Below, piece after piece: positions 1 to 13,859 of a stretch of DNA of 64,000 nt. Position 1 is the stretch's first letter. Every line of letters begins with the position of its first letter. The notes under the pieces were generated by a model. The model was not told the DNA's origin, did not search any database, and saw only the letters and a list, made by a program, of their open reading frames with translations. The DNA is from Eledone cirrhosa. Taxonomy: Eukaryota. Location: assembly GCA_964016885.1 (NCBI GenBank), contig OZ024760.1, positions 21,452,001 to 21,516,000 of the forward strand. The letters run 5' to 3'. A program made the translations under genes and the position numbers.

Positions 1-1370
1 GCTATCTATCTGTCTGTTTGTCTATCTAACTATCTGAGCTATCTATCTGTCTGTTTGTCTATCTAACTATCTGAGCTATCTATCTGTCTGTTTGTCTATC
101 TAACTATCTGAGCTATCTATCTGTCTGTTTGTCTATCTAACTATCTGAGCTATCTATCTGTCTGTTTGTCTATCTAACTATCTATCTGTCTGTTTGTCTA
201 TCTAACTATCTATCTGTCTGTTTGTCTATCTAACTATCTGAGCTATCTATCTGTCTGTTTGTCTATCTAACTATCTGAGCTATCTATCTGTCTGTTTATC
301 TATCTAACTATCTGAGCTATCTATCTGTCTGTTTGTCTATCTAACTATCTGAGCTATCTATCTGTCTGTTTATCTATCTAACTATCTGAGCTATCTATCT
401 GTCTGTTTATCTATCTGAGCTATCTATCTGTCTGTTTGTCTATCTAACTATCTGAGCTATCTATCTGTCTGTTTGTCTATCTAACTATCTGAGCTATCTA
501 TCTGTCTGTTTGTCTATCTAACTATCTGAGCTATCTATCTGTCTGTTTATCTATCTAACTATCTGAGCTATCTATCTGTCTGTTTATCTATCTAACTATC
601 TATCTGTCTGTTTGTCTATCTAACTATCTGAGCTATCTATCTGTCTGTTTGTCTATCTAACTATCTGAGCTATCTATCTGTCTGTTTGTCTATCTAACTA
701 TCTGAGCTATCTATCTGTCTGTTTATAAGGGAGCACCCCTTCTCTGTGCTCCCGAGGAAAAGGGTTGCACACTTTTTTTCGGGGGTGTGTGCGACCTCCC
801 AAGGCGCCTCCTCTCTATTGAGGACTTTATTATAAATTTTATTTTTTGTTATATTTTATTTTATTTTTATATATTGTTAATTGCCTCCTCCTTATTGAGG
901 ACGCCTTGTTTTGTAAACTCCCCCCATTGTACTTGTCCCACTTTTGATGCCCTGGTGGCAAATAAAAGAAACATATCTATCTAACTATCTGAGCTATCTA
1001 TCTGTCTGTTTATTTATCTAACTATCTGAGCTATCTATCTGTCTGTTTGTCTATCTAACTATCTATCTGTCTGTTTGTCTATCTAACTATCTGAGCTATC
1101 TATCTGTCTGTTTATTTATCTAACTATCTGAGCTATCTATCTGTCTGTTTGTCTATCTAACTATCTATCTGTCTGTTTATCTATTTAACTATCTAACTAT
1201 CTATCTGTCTGTTTATCTATCTAACTATCTGACCTATCTATCTGTCTGTTTATCTACCTAACTATCTGAGCTATCTATCTTTCGATTTATTTGTCTATCT
1301 AACTATCTGAGCTATCTATCTGTCTGTTTGTCTATCTAACTATCTGAGCTATTTATCTATTTATCTGAGT
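1..1370. repeat. 37-bp minisatellite (gagctatctatctgtctgtttgtctatctaactatct), interrupted at about 727-973
   Basis: Direct tandem repeats read from the sequence. Confidence 0.9.
727..973 (+). mobile_element. Probable 3' UTR remnant of a non-LTR element (L1/Tx1-like) inserted in the minisatellite
   Basis: Unique 250-bp insert with GC hairpins, a T-rich stretch and terminal AATAAAAGAAA; family assignment is inference. Confidence 0.4.
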
Positions 1371-1435
1371 TAGCTGTCTGTCTGCCTGCCTGAAAAAGGT
1401 CAAATTCCTTTAACTGTTTCTTTGCTGTTTGACAG

Positions 1436-1752
1436 TCCGCCGTGGTGATGTCCTGTCAGCCTGGAGCGGGATCCGTCCTCTTGTCAGAGACCCAAACAAA
1501 TCTGATACACAATCACTGGCTCGGAATCACATCATTGAAGTGTCGGATGATAACCTGATCACAATTGCTGGAGGAAAGTGGACAACATACCGACATATGG
1601 CTGAAGAGACCATTGATAAAGCAATTGCAGTATGTTGCCTGGAACCCGCTGTTCCAACATGTCAGACAAAAGGTCTGTTATTGGATGGAGCTCATGGATG
1701 GTCCCCAACACTGTTTATACGACTGGTGCAGGACTTTGGCTTAGACAATGAA
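1436..1752 (+). CDS. GPD2: GPD2 internal exon (mitochondrial FAD-dependent glycerol-3-phosphate dehydrogenase, C-terminal domain)
   Basis: VRRGDVLSAWSGIRPLVRDP...LARNH...LITIAGGKWTTYRHMAEETID is the diagnostic GlpD/GPD2 segment. AG acceptor at 1434-1435, GTAAG donor at 1753. Confidence 0.95.
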
Positions 1753-1810
1753 GTAAGGCTTGGTTTTGTTGTTGTTGTTGACAAATCTGTTTATATATAT
1801 ATATATATAT

Positions 1811-2182
1811 GGAGGCACATGGCTTAGTGGTTAGAGCATTGGCCTTGCAATCGAAAAGTTGTGAGTTCAATTCTCAGACCGGGTGATGTGTTGTTTCCTT
1901 GAGCAAGACACTTTATTTCACATTGCTCCAGTTTACTCAGCTGTAGAAATGAGATGATAGGGACTGGGGTCCCTATCGTTCCACTGCAAAGTGGTCGTGG
2001 AGGTGCCACGGCAAAAAAGCACCCAGCCCACACTGCAAAGTGGTCGTGGAGATGCCACAGCAAAAAAAAAGCACCCAGCACTCACTGTAAATGAGGTTGG
2101 TGTTAGGAAGGGCATCCGGATGTAGAAATCAAGCCTAAATCAGTTCCCGTCCCACCCTTGCAAGCAGGGAAAAAGCGGACGA
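1811..2182 (+). mobile_element. tRNA-derived SINE, family A
   Basis: A box TGGCTTAGTGG, B box GTTCAATTC, ccttgagcaagacact core, RTE-like tail cccttgcaagcaggg...gcggacg. Confidence 0.85.
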
Positions 2183-2780
2183 GTATATGTGTATATATGA
2201 GCTCTGTATATGTACGTGTGCGTGAGTTTATGCATATGTGTTTGTATATGTATGAATGGCACGCTTTTTTGCCTACGCACGTGTATGTACGTATTTAGTT
2301 GTGTGTATGTGTATATATGTGTATCTATGTATATATATATATTATAGATGTACTGGCTTAAATCTTAACTATTATTACTTACTTTTCGATTTTAATAACC
2401 AATAACAACAAATTTATTGACATTATTCTTAAACTCCAGTGCTGAGAATCATTCTATTTCCTGAATAGAATATTAATCTAATGACTCCATTTATACCATA
2501 AACGTGGTTTTGGTTTTTTTGTCTTTGCGTGAAATTGTTCTCATAGCTCCACATAGCGACGTATTATCTTTGCTTTTTTTTCCGTTCATTGCCAGGGAAT
2601 GTCTTCACGAAACAAAGTATCGTCTTCCTGTTTTCCTTCAGTTGCAATGTTTTTCGAAATATTTACTTCTGTGTTCACAGATTGATTTTTTTTTAGTTTC
2701 AGAAGATCCCGTTAAGGGTGAAAGCAGCAATTCTTTGCTTAAACTTTAATGTTATTTTAATAAATATATATATATATATA

Positions 2781-2830
<50 letters not shown>

Positions 2831-2957
2831 AAGTTTTATTTAAATTGTTGGGTTACAACGAGTAAATATTTATAACTGATATAAAAGCACTCAACAAGTA
2901 TTTGGAGTATATTTACGATATTAAATAAATGGAAACTATATTTATAAAACCATATTT

Positions 2958-3021
2958 ATTTCATTATATATATTTCAGGGATATCATATTAAAAATATGG
3001 TATGCCTTCTTCAGACAAAAT
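2958..3021 (-). ncRNA. Type I hammerhead ribozyme motif (PLE-type)
   Basis: On -: ATTTTGT-CTGAAGA-AGGCATACCATATT...AATATGATATCCCT-GAAA-TATAT-ATA-ATGAAAT; stems I and II pair. Confidence 0.7.
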
Positions 3022-3258
3022 ACAATATAAACAGTCTTATAAATAGATAGATTTGACATACCTTAAACTTCCATTTAAAAAGTTGATTTGGTAGTGAAAA
3101 ATGTTAGGGACAGTTATAAAAAGAAAGAAAAAAAGCGAAGAAAAAGAAGAAATGCATGCAACTAAATAGAGAGAGATAGATATAGAGAGATAGATAGAGA
3201 GAAGAAATTCATGTAAAGAAACAGAGAGAGATAAATAGAGAGAGAAAAAACACAGAGG

Positions 3259-3314
<56 letters not shown>

Positions 3315-3609
3315 ATAGAGAGAGATAGATATAGATAGAGATAGAGAGAAAGAAAATAGGTAGTTGGGCACCAGTTGAATGACGTATCAATGATATATTT
3401 ATTTATTTATTTATTTACTTAGTTCTAGTATTAAGGTAGAGAGAGATATATGTGGTTAGGAGAGAAAACAGCCGTTACATAGAGAGAAAAGAAAAATATC
3501 CAGACATAAACGAGGCAGATTTAAAACATTATGTTTCATCAATGTAAAAATATCAATTCGTATGAATTAGGTATTATAATGTAAATATCAGTATTCATGA
3601 ATGAGACAC

Positions 3610-3840
3610 GTGTCTCATATGAATATTGATTGGTCTATTTTAGACCCATCAAAAGAATATATTAAAGACACAAGAAGGTGTACCTTGTGCGTAACAGAAA
3701 AATATAGAATTCTACAGAATCTGAAATCTCTCAACACCTGTCTTAACTCTAATTCTGAGATATTTAAAATTTGCCCACATATAAGAACTCACCTCCTTTC
3801 TCGGTATCAAAACACCATTTTGGACACTTACCCACCTTGA
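3610..3840 (+). mobile_element. Penelope-like element fragment, C-terminal part of GIY-YIG endonuclease (Naiad-like)
   Basis: IDWSIL...RRCTLCVTEK...LNSNSEIFKICPH resembles the WxIL/CxLCxxEK/LNxxxE-CxH tail of PLE endonucleases. Confidence 0.65.
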
Positions 3841-3918
3841 ACACTCTCTCCTTTTCACACATTCAACACTTATCATATATTACACCTTAAATACTATGGA
3901 CCTTTTTCACACATTCAA

Positions 3919-4400
3919 CACTGCAAAGTGGTCGTGGAGGTGCCACAGCAAAAAAGCACCCAGCCCTCACTGTAAAGTGGTCGTGGAGGTGCCACGGCAA
4001 AAAAGCACCCAGCACTCACTGTAAAGTGGTCATGGGGGGGTAGCACGGGAAACAAGCATCCAGCCCACATGTAAAGTGGTCGTGGAGGTGCCACGGCAAA
4101 AAAGCACCCAGCACTCACTGTAAAGTGGTCATGGGGGGGGGGGGGGGGTAGCACGGCAAACAAGCATCCAGCCCACATGTAAAGTGGTCGTGGAGGTGCC
4201 ACAGCAAAAAAGCACCCAGCCCACACTGTAAAATGGACGTGTAGGCGCCACGGAAAAAAAAAGCACCCAGCACTCACTGTAAATGAGGTTGGTGTTAGGA
4301 AGGGCATCCAGCTGCAGAAATCAAGCCAGAATCAGTTCCCGTCCCACCCTTGCAAGCAGGGAAAAAGCGGACGTAAAATGAAATGATGATGATGATGATG
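3919..4400 (+). mobile_element. 5'-truncated SINE family A with internally amplified ~50-bp unit
   Basis: Repeated gtaaagtggtcgtggaggtgccac...aaaaagcacccagc units followed by the family tail and (GAT)n. Confidence 0.8.
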
Positions 4401-4906
4401 AATGAATGGCCCTGGAACTAATAGAAAAAGGAGTCAAAATATAGTGAAGTGTCCAGGTCAAAGGTCAGGTTACAAGAGGATGAGAAAGAAGCATGATGGG
4501 AAGGCTGTAGTATGAGGAGTTAGGACAGTAGTGAAAGACACAAAAAGGAAGAAGATATCAAAATAGTGAAAGGAAAAATGTGATGGTGGAGATGGAGCAG
4601 GGAGTGTTTCTATTTTTATTTATTTTTTTTTAGTTTTAAGATCATTAAAGGATAGTTGGATAACATCCTTGAGCTCTGCTGGTCTCACTTGGGTACCCCC
4701 TGCCAGATCAATTGGAGACTGTTGCTTCTGACAGGAAGGAATGATTAAGGAGTCAAGCCCCCCACCCCCCACCCCCACCCTCACGGGAATAAGTGGGTGA
4801 AGGAGGAGGAGGAGGAGATAAAGAAGAAAAAAATCTTTATCATTGTTTTCTCTTTATTTTCAATTATTTCTGTCTCTTTCTTTCTTTCTTCCTCTTTGTC
4901 TTGTAG

Positions 4907-5038
4907 GTTGCACAACACCTGGCAGGTACATATGGAGACAGGGCTATTAAAGTGGCTAAAATGGCTGGGATGACCGGTAAAAGGTGGCCCATTGTTGGCC
5001 GACGTCTACATGAAGAATATCCTTATATCGAAGCCGAG
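4907..5038 (+). CDS. GPD2: GPD2 exon
   Basis: Polypyrimidine tract + TAG acceptor; encodes VAQHLAGTYGDRAIKVAKMAGMTGKRWPIVGRRLHEEYPYIEAE; GTAAT donor; phase 0/0. Confidence 0.95.
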
Positions 5039-6108
5039 GTAATTCATCATCATCATCATCATTTAACATCCCATTTGCACATTTGCATGGGTTAGACGGG
5101 TTGTCACATTATTAGTCAAGTGAAGACAGGTCCAGAGACAAGGTTTTACTCATACAGATCAGTATTTTGGCTTCATTTCTACGGCTGGATGCCCTTCCTA
5201 ACACCAACCATGTTTACAGTGTGGACTTGGTAATTGGTTTTTAAATTGGTTTCACTCATTAGACTGAGGTCATGCTGGGGCACCACCACCTTGAGGTATT
5301 AATTTTTTTTAATTGGTTTCACATTAAATTGTAGTCATGCTGGAGAACCACCTTGAAAATGTAATTAATTATTTTAATTGGTTTCACTCATTAAATGGCA
5401 GTCATGCTAGGACACCATGAAAGGATTTTTGTTGATCATATCAACCACCCAGTACATTTATTTTTTCAAGTCTAATCATTTTATCAATCACTTTTTGTCA
5501 AACTGCTAAGTTATGGGATATTGTTAGCTGCCGAGACACTGCATCCTTTAAGACACTCATGCTTCCCGAAATACGCCAAAACTACACCTGATGTACCCCT
5601 TCCATACACATGCACACATGTGTGTATCATGACTCGTGCACTGTTCATCTTTCTGATGTTTGTGCATTGCCCTATGTACTGTACATGCACTTTTTTGATG
5701 AGTTGTGGTGCACCTGGGCACTGTACACAATATTTCATTATTGTTATTGTTATTATATCATGACTCATACACTGTTCATTTTCCTGACACTTTATTATTC
5801 TATGTACTATACATGCACCTTTGATGAGTTGTAGTGCACCTGAGCACTGTACACAATAATTTCATTATTATTATTATTATTATTATAAATAGTAAACATA
5901 CACATAGACCTGTGAAGATTGCAAAGAAATGAAGTTTGCATGCTTTGATGGATGTGTATTACAGGAGAGGAGATTGGGCACCTGACCTAGCATTGTTCAC
6001 AACAGGATAACTCGTCTAACCCATGCCAGCGTGTAAAAATGGATGTTAAACGGTTATGATGATGACAATGATGATAGACATGTCATCATCATCATTATTG
6101 TTTTAACG

Positions 6109-6293
6109 GCGGTGAATTGGCAGTATCGGTAGAGGGTTGGATGCCATCCTTTCTAGCATAGAGTTACGTCCCTTTACATTCTGAGTTCAAATCCCGCCGA
6201 GGTTAACTTTGCCTTTCATCCTTACGGGGTCGATAAAATAAAGTACCAGTAATGTACTGGGTAATTGCTGGCCTTGTGCCTAAAGTAGAAACA
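6109..6293 (+). mobile_element. tRNA-derived SINE, family B, with 15-bp TSD
   Basis: B box GTTCAAATC, gcctttcatccttacggggtcgataaaat core; TSD attattgttttaacg at 6094-6108 and 6294-6308. Confidence 0.85.
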
Positions 6294-6838
6294 ATTATTG
6301 TTTTAACGTCTGCTTTCCATGCTAGCAAGGGTTAGGAGGTGTCTATTAGAGATGAAGTCAGTACGGGGCATACAAGACACATCACCACATAGCAACGCAT
6401 CCCTCCATCTCACTTAACTTTTGAAAATTAATCAAATGTGAACGCGGTAAATTTATTAATAAACCTTCACATTTAAACCAGCTGTATCCAGCCAGGATTC
6501 TCTCCCCTCTTCCTGTTCAAACTGAGATAGAGTAAAAGGTCTGCTGCATCATTAACCATAACATGGACTGCTTGCTTCGCTCTGGCTGCTGGGTTCCCCA
6601 AATCCTTGTATTTATAATAATGCTATAGCTAGAAGGATGTGTATATGGCATTGATTTATGATCAGCCATCTGTGTTTCCCCTGTCTACAAGTTGGGGTCA
6701 CAGGTCTATCTATCTATCTATCTATCTATCTCTCTCTCTATATATAGATAGTTTATATATACAATTATATATTTCTCTCCCCTCCTCTTTCTCTTTCTCC
6801 AATACCTGACTAAACCTGTTGTCTCTCTCTTTCTGTAG

Positions 6839-6997
6839 GTGCGCTACGCTGTCCGAGAATATGCTACATCAGCTGTTGATATCCTTGCTCGTCGTACCCG
6901 TTTGTCGTTCTGCAATGCCTTAGCTGCAGAAGAAGCTTTACCGAAAGTTGTTAATATTATGGCAGAAGAACTGGGATGGAATGAACAACAAAAAATT
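6839..6997 (+). CDS. GPD2: GPD2 exon
   Basis: Encodes VRYAVREYATSAVDILARRTRLSFCNALAAEEALPKVVNIMAEELGWNEQQKI; AG/GT boundaries, in frame with neighbours. Confidence 0.95.
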
Positions 6998-7007
6998 GTA
7001 AATCTGT

Positions 7008-8170
7008 AGAATATCTACTCCCCATATTTCTAGGGTCCAGAATATCTACACCCTCTATTTCTAGGATCTAGAATATCTAGGGAATATCTAAGGTCTGTAG
7101 AATATCTAGGGTATATAGAATATTTAGGGTATATATAGAATATCTAGGCTCTGTAGAATATGTCGGGTCTATACAATATCTAGGGGATATATAGAATATC
7201 TAGGGGATATATAGAACATCTATGGGATATATAGAATATCTAGGGTATATATAGAATATCTATGGGATATATAGAATATCTGGTATATATAGAATATCTA
7301 TGGTATATATAGAATATCTATGGTATATATAGAATATCTATGGTATATATAGAATATCTATGGGATATATAGAATATCTAGGGTATATATAGAATATCTA
7401 TGGGATATATAGAATATCTGGTATATATAGAATATCTATGGTATATATAGAATATCTATGGTATATATAGAATATCTATGGTATATATACAATATCTATG
7501 GTATATATAGAATATCTATGGGATATATAGAATATCTATGGGATATATAGAACATCTATGGGATATATAGAATATCTATGGTATATATAGAATATCTATG
7601 GTATATATAGAATATCTATGGTATATATAGAATATCTATGGTATATATAGAATATCTATGGGATACAGAGAATATCTATGGGATACAGAGAATATCTATG
7701 GTATATATAGAATATCTATGGGATATATAGAATATCTATGATATATATATAGAATATCTATGATATATATAGAATATCTATGGGATATATACAATATCTA
7801 TGGGATATATACAATATCTATGGGATATATACAATATCTATGGGATATATACAATATCTATGGGATATATACAATATCTATAGTATATATAGAATTTCTA
7901 TGGTATATATAGAATATTTATGGGATATATACAATATCTATGGTATATATAGAATATCTATGGGATATATAGAGTATCTGGTATATATAGAATATCTATG
8001 GTATATATAGAATATCTATGGTATATATACAATATCTATGGTATATATACAATATCTATGGTATATATACAATATCTATGGGATATATAGAATATCTATG
8101 GTATATATACAATATCTATGGTATATATACAATATCTATGGGATATATAGAATATCTATGGTATATATAG
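7008..8170. repeat. 20-bp minisatellite (tagaatatctatggtatata)
   Basis: Direct tandem repeat. Confidence 0.9.
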
Positions 8171-8477
8171 TTATATATATATATATAAAAAGTTTGCGCC
8201 CAAAGGGGGCGCTGGCTGAAAAAAGATTGGAAAACCCTGGTCTAGAGTATCTAGGCCCTATAGAATATGTGCTATCCATATTTCTTGCTTCTATGATCTT
8301 TAATTTTTACTTAAATCCATTTAAACCCTTTTGATACCAGACCTGCTGGAACTGCCACTGTTTCTGTGATACAAAGCCATTGATTTTAATGGATTTATAT
8401 TTATTTGAAACCCTCCTGTCATAATTTTATGCAAGAACCTTTATGTTCTAAATGCCAAACATTTAATTATGGCAACA

Positions 8478-9005
8478 ATTTACGGAGTGTATGGGGTGAT
8501 TTTTATTGTAACACTAACACTACCTCTTTACAGAGTGTATTGAGTGTATTTTATTGTGGCACCAGCACTACCACTTTACAGAATGTACTGGGTGTATTTC
8601 TTTGTGGCACCAGCACTACCTCTTTACAAAATGTACTGGGTGTATTTTCTTGTGGCACCATCACCACCACTTTACAGGCTTACTGGGTGTATTTTTTATT
8701 GTGGCTTCAACACTACCACTGTACAGTCCATTCTGTAAAGTGCTAGTGCTGGTGCCATGATAAAATGCACCCAGTCCACCCTTAAAGTGGTAGTACTGAT
8801 GTCGTGATAAAATATACCCCATCTACTCTGAAAAGTGTTTGTACTGGTGCCATGATAAAAGACAGCCAGTCCACTCTGTAAAGTATCAGTACTGGTGCCA
8901 TAATAAAATACACCCAGTACACTCTGTAATGTGGTAGTGCTGGTATCATGATAAAATACACCCTGTACATTCTGTAAAGTAGTAGTGCTGGTGTTATGTT
9001 AAAAT
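8478..9005. repeat. Head-to-head arrays of a ~50-bp SINE-related unit (fold-back)
   Basis: gggtgtatttt..gtggcaccagcactaccactttacag units up to about 8730, then the reverse complement ctgtaaagtg..gtgctggtgcca..aaaatacaccc to about 9005. Confidence 0.75.
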
Positions 9006-9079
9006 AACAAACTGTTTTGTTTGTTTGTTTTTAAATTTAATTTAATAAATCTGTTTTATTTTGATGAATATTTTTCCAG

Positions 9080-9265
9080 TGTCAAATTAAACATTGTAAA
9101 CGGTTCCTTCGTCGAGAAATGGGTCTGGATCTTAAGGTAGCCTCTGCAAATGTACCCATTAATTTCACAAAGGATGAAATAAATGAGTATATTGCTAAAT
9201 TCCAATCACTAGACACTGACAACAAAGGATTTATTACAGTCAATGACCTCAGGAAGAATTTCAAG
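9080..9265 (+). CDS. GPD2: GPD2 exon containing first EF-hand
   Basis: CQIKHCKRFLRREMGLDLK...KFQSLDTDNKGFITVNDLRKNFK; tttttccag acceptor, gtaaat donor. Confidence 0.92.
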
Positions 9266-9345
9266 GTAAATCCATTAGATTTTTTTCTCCCATTTTGAAC
9301 ACCTAGGATTTAGATTAATCTAGAAAATAATCTCGAACTTTCTCA

Positions 9346-9840
9346 TTATTAAGCTAGTGTTTGGAACATAACTTAACAAAAGTTCTTATATGAAATTAGG
9401 ATGGAAGGTTTTTAGATAATATTCACACTTTAATTTTTATATTACTTCTTGTTATTAAGCTGGTGTTTGGAACATAACTTAACAAAAGTTCTTATATGAA
9501 ATTAGGATGGAAGGTTTTTAGATAATATTCACACTTTAATTTTTATATTACTTCTCGTTATTAAGCTGGTGTTTGGAACATAACTTAACAAAAGTTCTTA
9601 TATGAAATTAGGATGGAAGGTTTTTAGATAATATTCACACTTTAATTTTTATATTACTTCTTGTTATTAAGCTGGTGTTTGGAACATAACTTAACAAAAG
9701 TTTTTATATGAAATTAGGATGGAAGGTTTTTAGATAATATTCACACTTTAATTTTTATATTACTTCTCGTTATTAAGCTGATGTTTGGAACATAATTTAA
9801 CAAAAGTTCTTACATAAAATTAGGTTGGAAGGTTTTTGCT
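9346..9840. repeat. 106-bp tandem repeat, about 4.6 copies
   Basis: Unit restarts at 9346, 9452, 9558, 9664, 9770. Confidence 0.9.
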
Positions 9841-10080
9841 CTTTTATTGCCACACTTTCTAATGAAAGACACTGTCTATTATTTTCTCACATTTTGAAAA
9901 TAATCAAGAATTTGGAGTGATTTAGTTATATAGCTAGCTTAAACAGATGTTTGGAATATAACTTAACAAAGGTTCTTACATAAAATTATGATGGAAGATT
10001 TTTAGATAAATATAAACATTAAAAAAAATTCTGTATCATAGAACAAGGCACACTTTAAGGTAGTTTGGTATCAATGGGTT

Positions 10081-10853
10081 AACCATATCAATGTCATTGG
10101 TTCCAGAAGGGACTGTGAAGTCTCTGATTCCAATCCCTTCCTTCAGACCAAACATATCAATGTCATTGGTCTCAGAAGGGGCCCTGGCTCCAGTCCCTTC
10201 CTTCAGACCAAACATATCAATGTCATTGGTCTCAGAAGGGGCCCTGGCTCCAGTCCCTTCCTTCAGACCAAACATATCAATGTCATTGGTCTCAGAAGGG
10301 ACCCTGGCTCCAGTCCCTTCCTTCAGACCAAACATATCAATGTCATTGGTCTCAGTAGGGGCCCTGGCTCCAGTCCCTTCCTTCAGACCAAACATATCAA
10401 TGTCATTGGTCTCAGAAGGGACCCTAGCTCCAGTCCCTTCCTTCAGACCAAACATATCAATGTCATTGGTCTCAGAAGGGATCCTGGCTCCAGTCCCTTC
10501 CTTCAGACCAAACATATCAATGTCATTGGTCTCAGAAGGGACCCTGGCTCCAGTCCCTTTCTTCAGACCAAACATATCAATGTCATTGGTCTCAGAAGGG
10601 ACCCTGGCTCCAGTCCCTTCCTTCAGACCAAACATATCAATGTCATTGGTCTCAGAAGGGGCCCTGGCTCCAGTCCCTTCCTTCAGACCAAACATATCAA
10701 TGTCATTGGTCTCAGAAGGGACCCTGGCTCCAGTCCCTTCCTTCAGACCAAACGTATCAATGTCATTGGTCTCAGAAGGGACCCTGGCTCCAGTCCCTTC
10801 CTTCAGACCAAACATATCAATGTCATTGGTCTCAGAAGGGAACCTGGCTCCAA
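10081..10853. repeat. 60-bp tandem repeat, about 13 copies
   Basis: Near-identical 60-nt lines (cttcagaccaaacatatcaatgtcattggtctcagaaggg...). Confidence 0.95.
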
Positions 10854-11103
10854 GTGACAGAAAATTAATATGTTTATTTAAGCGATCGCCACCGGAAGTG
10901 TTGACATTTGAAAATTTTAAAGATGTGAATCTTTAAATAAATAATAAAATATATTTAATGAACAGCCACGAAATTTACTAGATAAATTATGTAATATTCA
11001 TTCATTATTTATTCAAAGTAATCCAACTTATTTTACTAATGGGATAAAAAAATTATAAACCGTACGCAGTCCCGCGCTTCTTACTTTATTATAGTTTAGA
11101 TTG

Positions 11104-11816
11104 TAATTAATCTAGATCTTAAACGAAGTAGTACAGATATAATTTGTTATATTAATATATATTTTAATTAATCTAGATCTTAAACGAAGAAACACAGGTA
11201 TAATTTGTTATATTAATATATATTTTAATTAATCTAGATCTTAAACGAAGTAGTACAGATATAATTTGTTATATTAATATATATTTTAATTAATCTAGAT
11301 CTTAAACGAAGAAACACAGGTATAATTTGTTATATTAATATATATTTTAATTAATCTAGATCTTAAACGAAGTAGTACAGATATAATTTGTTATATTAAT
11401 ATATATTTTAATTAATCTAGATCTTAAACGAAGTAGTACAGATATAATTTGTTATATTAATATATATTTTAATTAATCTAGATCTTAAACGAAGTAGTAC
11501 AGATATAATTTGTTATATTAATATATATTTTAATTAATCTAGATCTTAAACGAAGAAACACAGGTATAATTTGTTATATTAATATATATTTTAATTAATA
11601 TAGATCTTAAACGAAGTAGTACAGATATAATTTGTTATATTAATATATATTTTAATTAATCTGGATCTTAAACGAAGTAGTACAGATATAATTTGTTTTA
11701 TTAATATATATTTTAATTAATCTAGATCTTAAACGAAGTAGTACAGATATAATTTGTTTTATTAATATATATTTTAATTAATATAGATCTTAAACGAAGA
11801 AACACAGGTATAATTT
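11104..11816. repeat. 61-bp AT-rich tandem repeat with two sub-variants
   Basis: taattaatctagatcttaaacgaag(tagtacagat|aaacacaggt)... with period 61. Confidence 0.9.
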
Positions 11817-12043
11817 ACTATATCATATTTTAACCAAACTGTGGTCATGGGTTTCTCTAGGATTCTGTTTTTGTTTGTTTCACACACACACACTCTCTCT
11901 CTCTCACACAATACACACAGACACACACACACTCTCTCTCTCTCTAACACACATATGTTCACCCTCTAACATACGGTACACACACACTCTCTAACACACA
12001 GTATACACACTCTCTCTCTCTCTCTAACACATGGTACACACTC

Positions 12044-12081
<38 letters not shown>

Positions 12082-12169
12082 ACACACGGTACACTCTCTC
12101 TCTCTCTCTCTCTCTCACACACATACATTCTTCCTCTCAATAAAATGTTTTTCAAAAACAGGTGTTATC

Positions 12170-12480
12170 ATTACTGTTGCTAACGACAACCGCATTACTA
12201 CTGTTGCTAACAACCACACCGCTATTGTTGCTAATGGCAACCCACCACTATTGTTGCTAACGACAACCACGTCACTATTGTTGCTAGCGACAACCACGTC
12301 ACCACTGTTGCTAGCGGCGACCACGTCACGACCGTTGCTAGCGGCGACCACGTCACGACCGTTGCTAGCGGCGACCACGTCTCTACCGTTGCTAACGACA
12401 ACCACTTCACTCGTGTTGCTAATGACTACCTCAATATGGTCGCTAAAGGCAACCACCTGTAGCTAATGGCAACCATATCA
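12170..12480. repeat. Degenerate 27-bp tandem repeat
   Basis: ctgttgctaRcgRcRaccacgtcacNa units. Confidence 0.75.
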
Positions 12481-12744
12481 TTACCATAGGGAGGGTGTGG
12501 AAGTCATGGTAAATCACAGTCTTTATCAGGCAAATGTTTTATAGCCACATGTCCTTCCTGACAACAATACTATAGGTCTCCTCTTATGTCACTCAGGGAT
12601 ACAATGTATCTATTCTAAACCACATACACACACAGTATATACTGTACCAATCAGAATGTGAGAATGAACCATTGTATATGCATGTCTCTTCTATGACCTG
12701 GTTGGCTAAAAATATAACGATGTGAACAGATTAACTACTGTAAC

Positions 12745-13084
12745 ATCATCATCATTTCATCTTGCGTCCACTTTTCCCTGCTTGCAAGGGTGGGACGGGA
12801 ATTGATGCTGGCTTGATTTCTACAGCTGGATGCCCTTCCTAACACCAACCTCATTTACAGTGAGTGCTGGGTGCTTTTTTGCCGTGGCACCTCCACGACC
12901 ACTTTGCAGTGGAATGATATGGACCCCAGACCCTATCATCTCATTTCTACAGCTGAGTAAACTGGAGCAATGTGAAATAAAGTGTCTTGCTCAAGGAAAC
13001 AACACATCACCCGGTCTGAGAATTGAACTCACAACCCACAACCTTTCGATTGCAAGGCCAATGCTCTAACCACTAAGCCATGTG

Positions 13085-13088
<4 letters not shown>
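12745..13088 (-). mobile_element. SINE family A, full length
   Basis: Reverse complement of the 1811 and 13860 copies, including head and (GAT)n tail. Confidence 0.85.
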
Positions 13089-13177
<89 letters not shown>

Positions 13178-13859
13178 GATGTTATAAAAAGGGTTTTATT
13201 TACAGTATTAACAATTGTTTCATTGATTAAGTTGTCTAAAAATTGCTAATCGCTTGAAGTTGTGTCACTCAATTTTAAATACAATGCATGTTTAACCAAA
13301 TCATCAGAAAACCCTTTTTGTACTGTTGACCATGTTATTCTTCACTCTTTCACTATTATTACTCCAAGATTAACTTGCATAGGAATTCCTGAGAACTCAA
13401 AAACTCGCCACCTACGTAAACCCCTTGTTGAGTCAAACAACGCCGTACGCTAAAACTATCCACAATACGGAGTACTCACAACCTCTAACTGGATTACCTA
13501 ACTGGAAGGGCATCCAGCTGTAGAAATCAAGCCAGAATCAGTTCCCGTCCCACCCTAGCAAGCAGGGAAAAGCGGACGTAAAAGGATGATGATGATGATA
13601 TTTAATTTAGAAATGGGTTCTACAAGAAAGCTTTGATGATTTTCTTTGAATGAAACAGTTCTAGTCCTGTAGAAGCCATTTCTATATTAAATATTTATAC
13701 TCTGCTTTGTATTGAGTACCTTACTTAGTGTGGTTAACCCCGACTGAACCCCTCACACACACACACACATAAAGCGGACGTAAAAGGATGATGATGATGA
13801 TATATATATATATATATATTTTAAAGAATTTTAAAATTACTAATTATGTAACCATACAT

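Noticed and set aside
1811-1885. tRNA gene calls at SINE heads
   Set aside because: A/B boxes are present but there is no acceptor stem, and the sequence continues into the SINE body.
1824-2115. Recurrent [12 protein letters not shown]... ORFs
   Set aside because: Antisense or incidental translations of SINE and LINE-UTR copies.
10036-10936. 259-aa and 281-aa repeat ORFs on opposite strands
   Set aside because: Result of a 60-bp intronic tandem repeat whose unit is a multiple of three; no domain or splice support.
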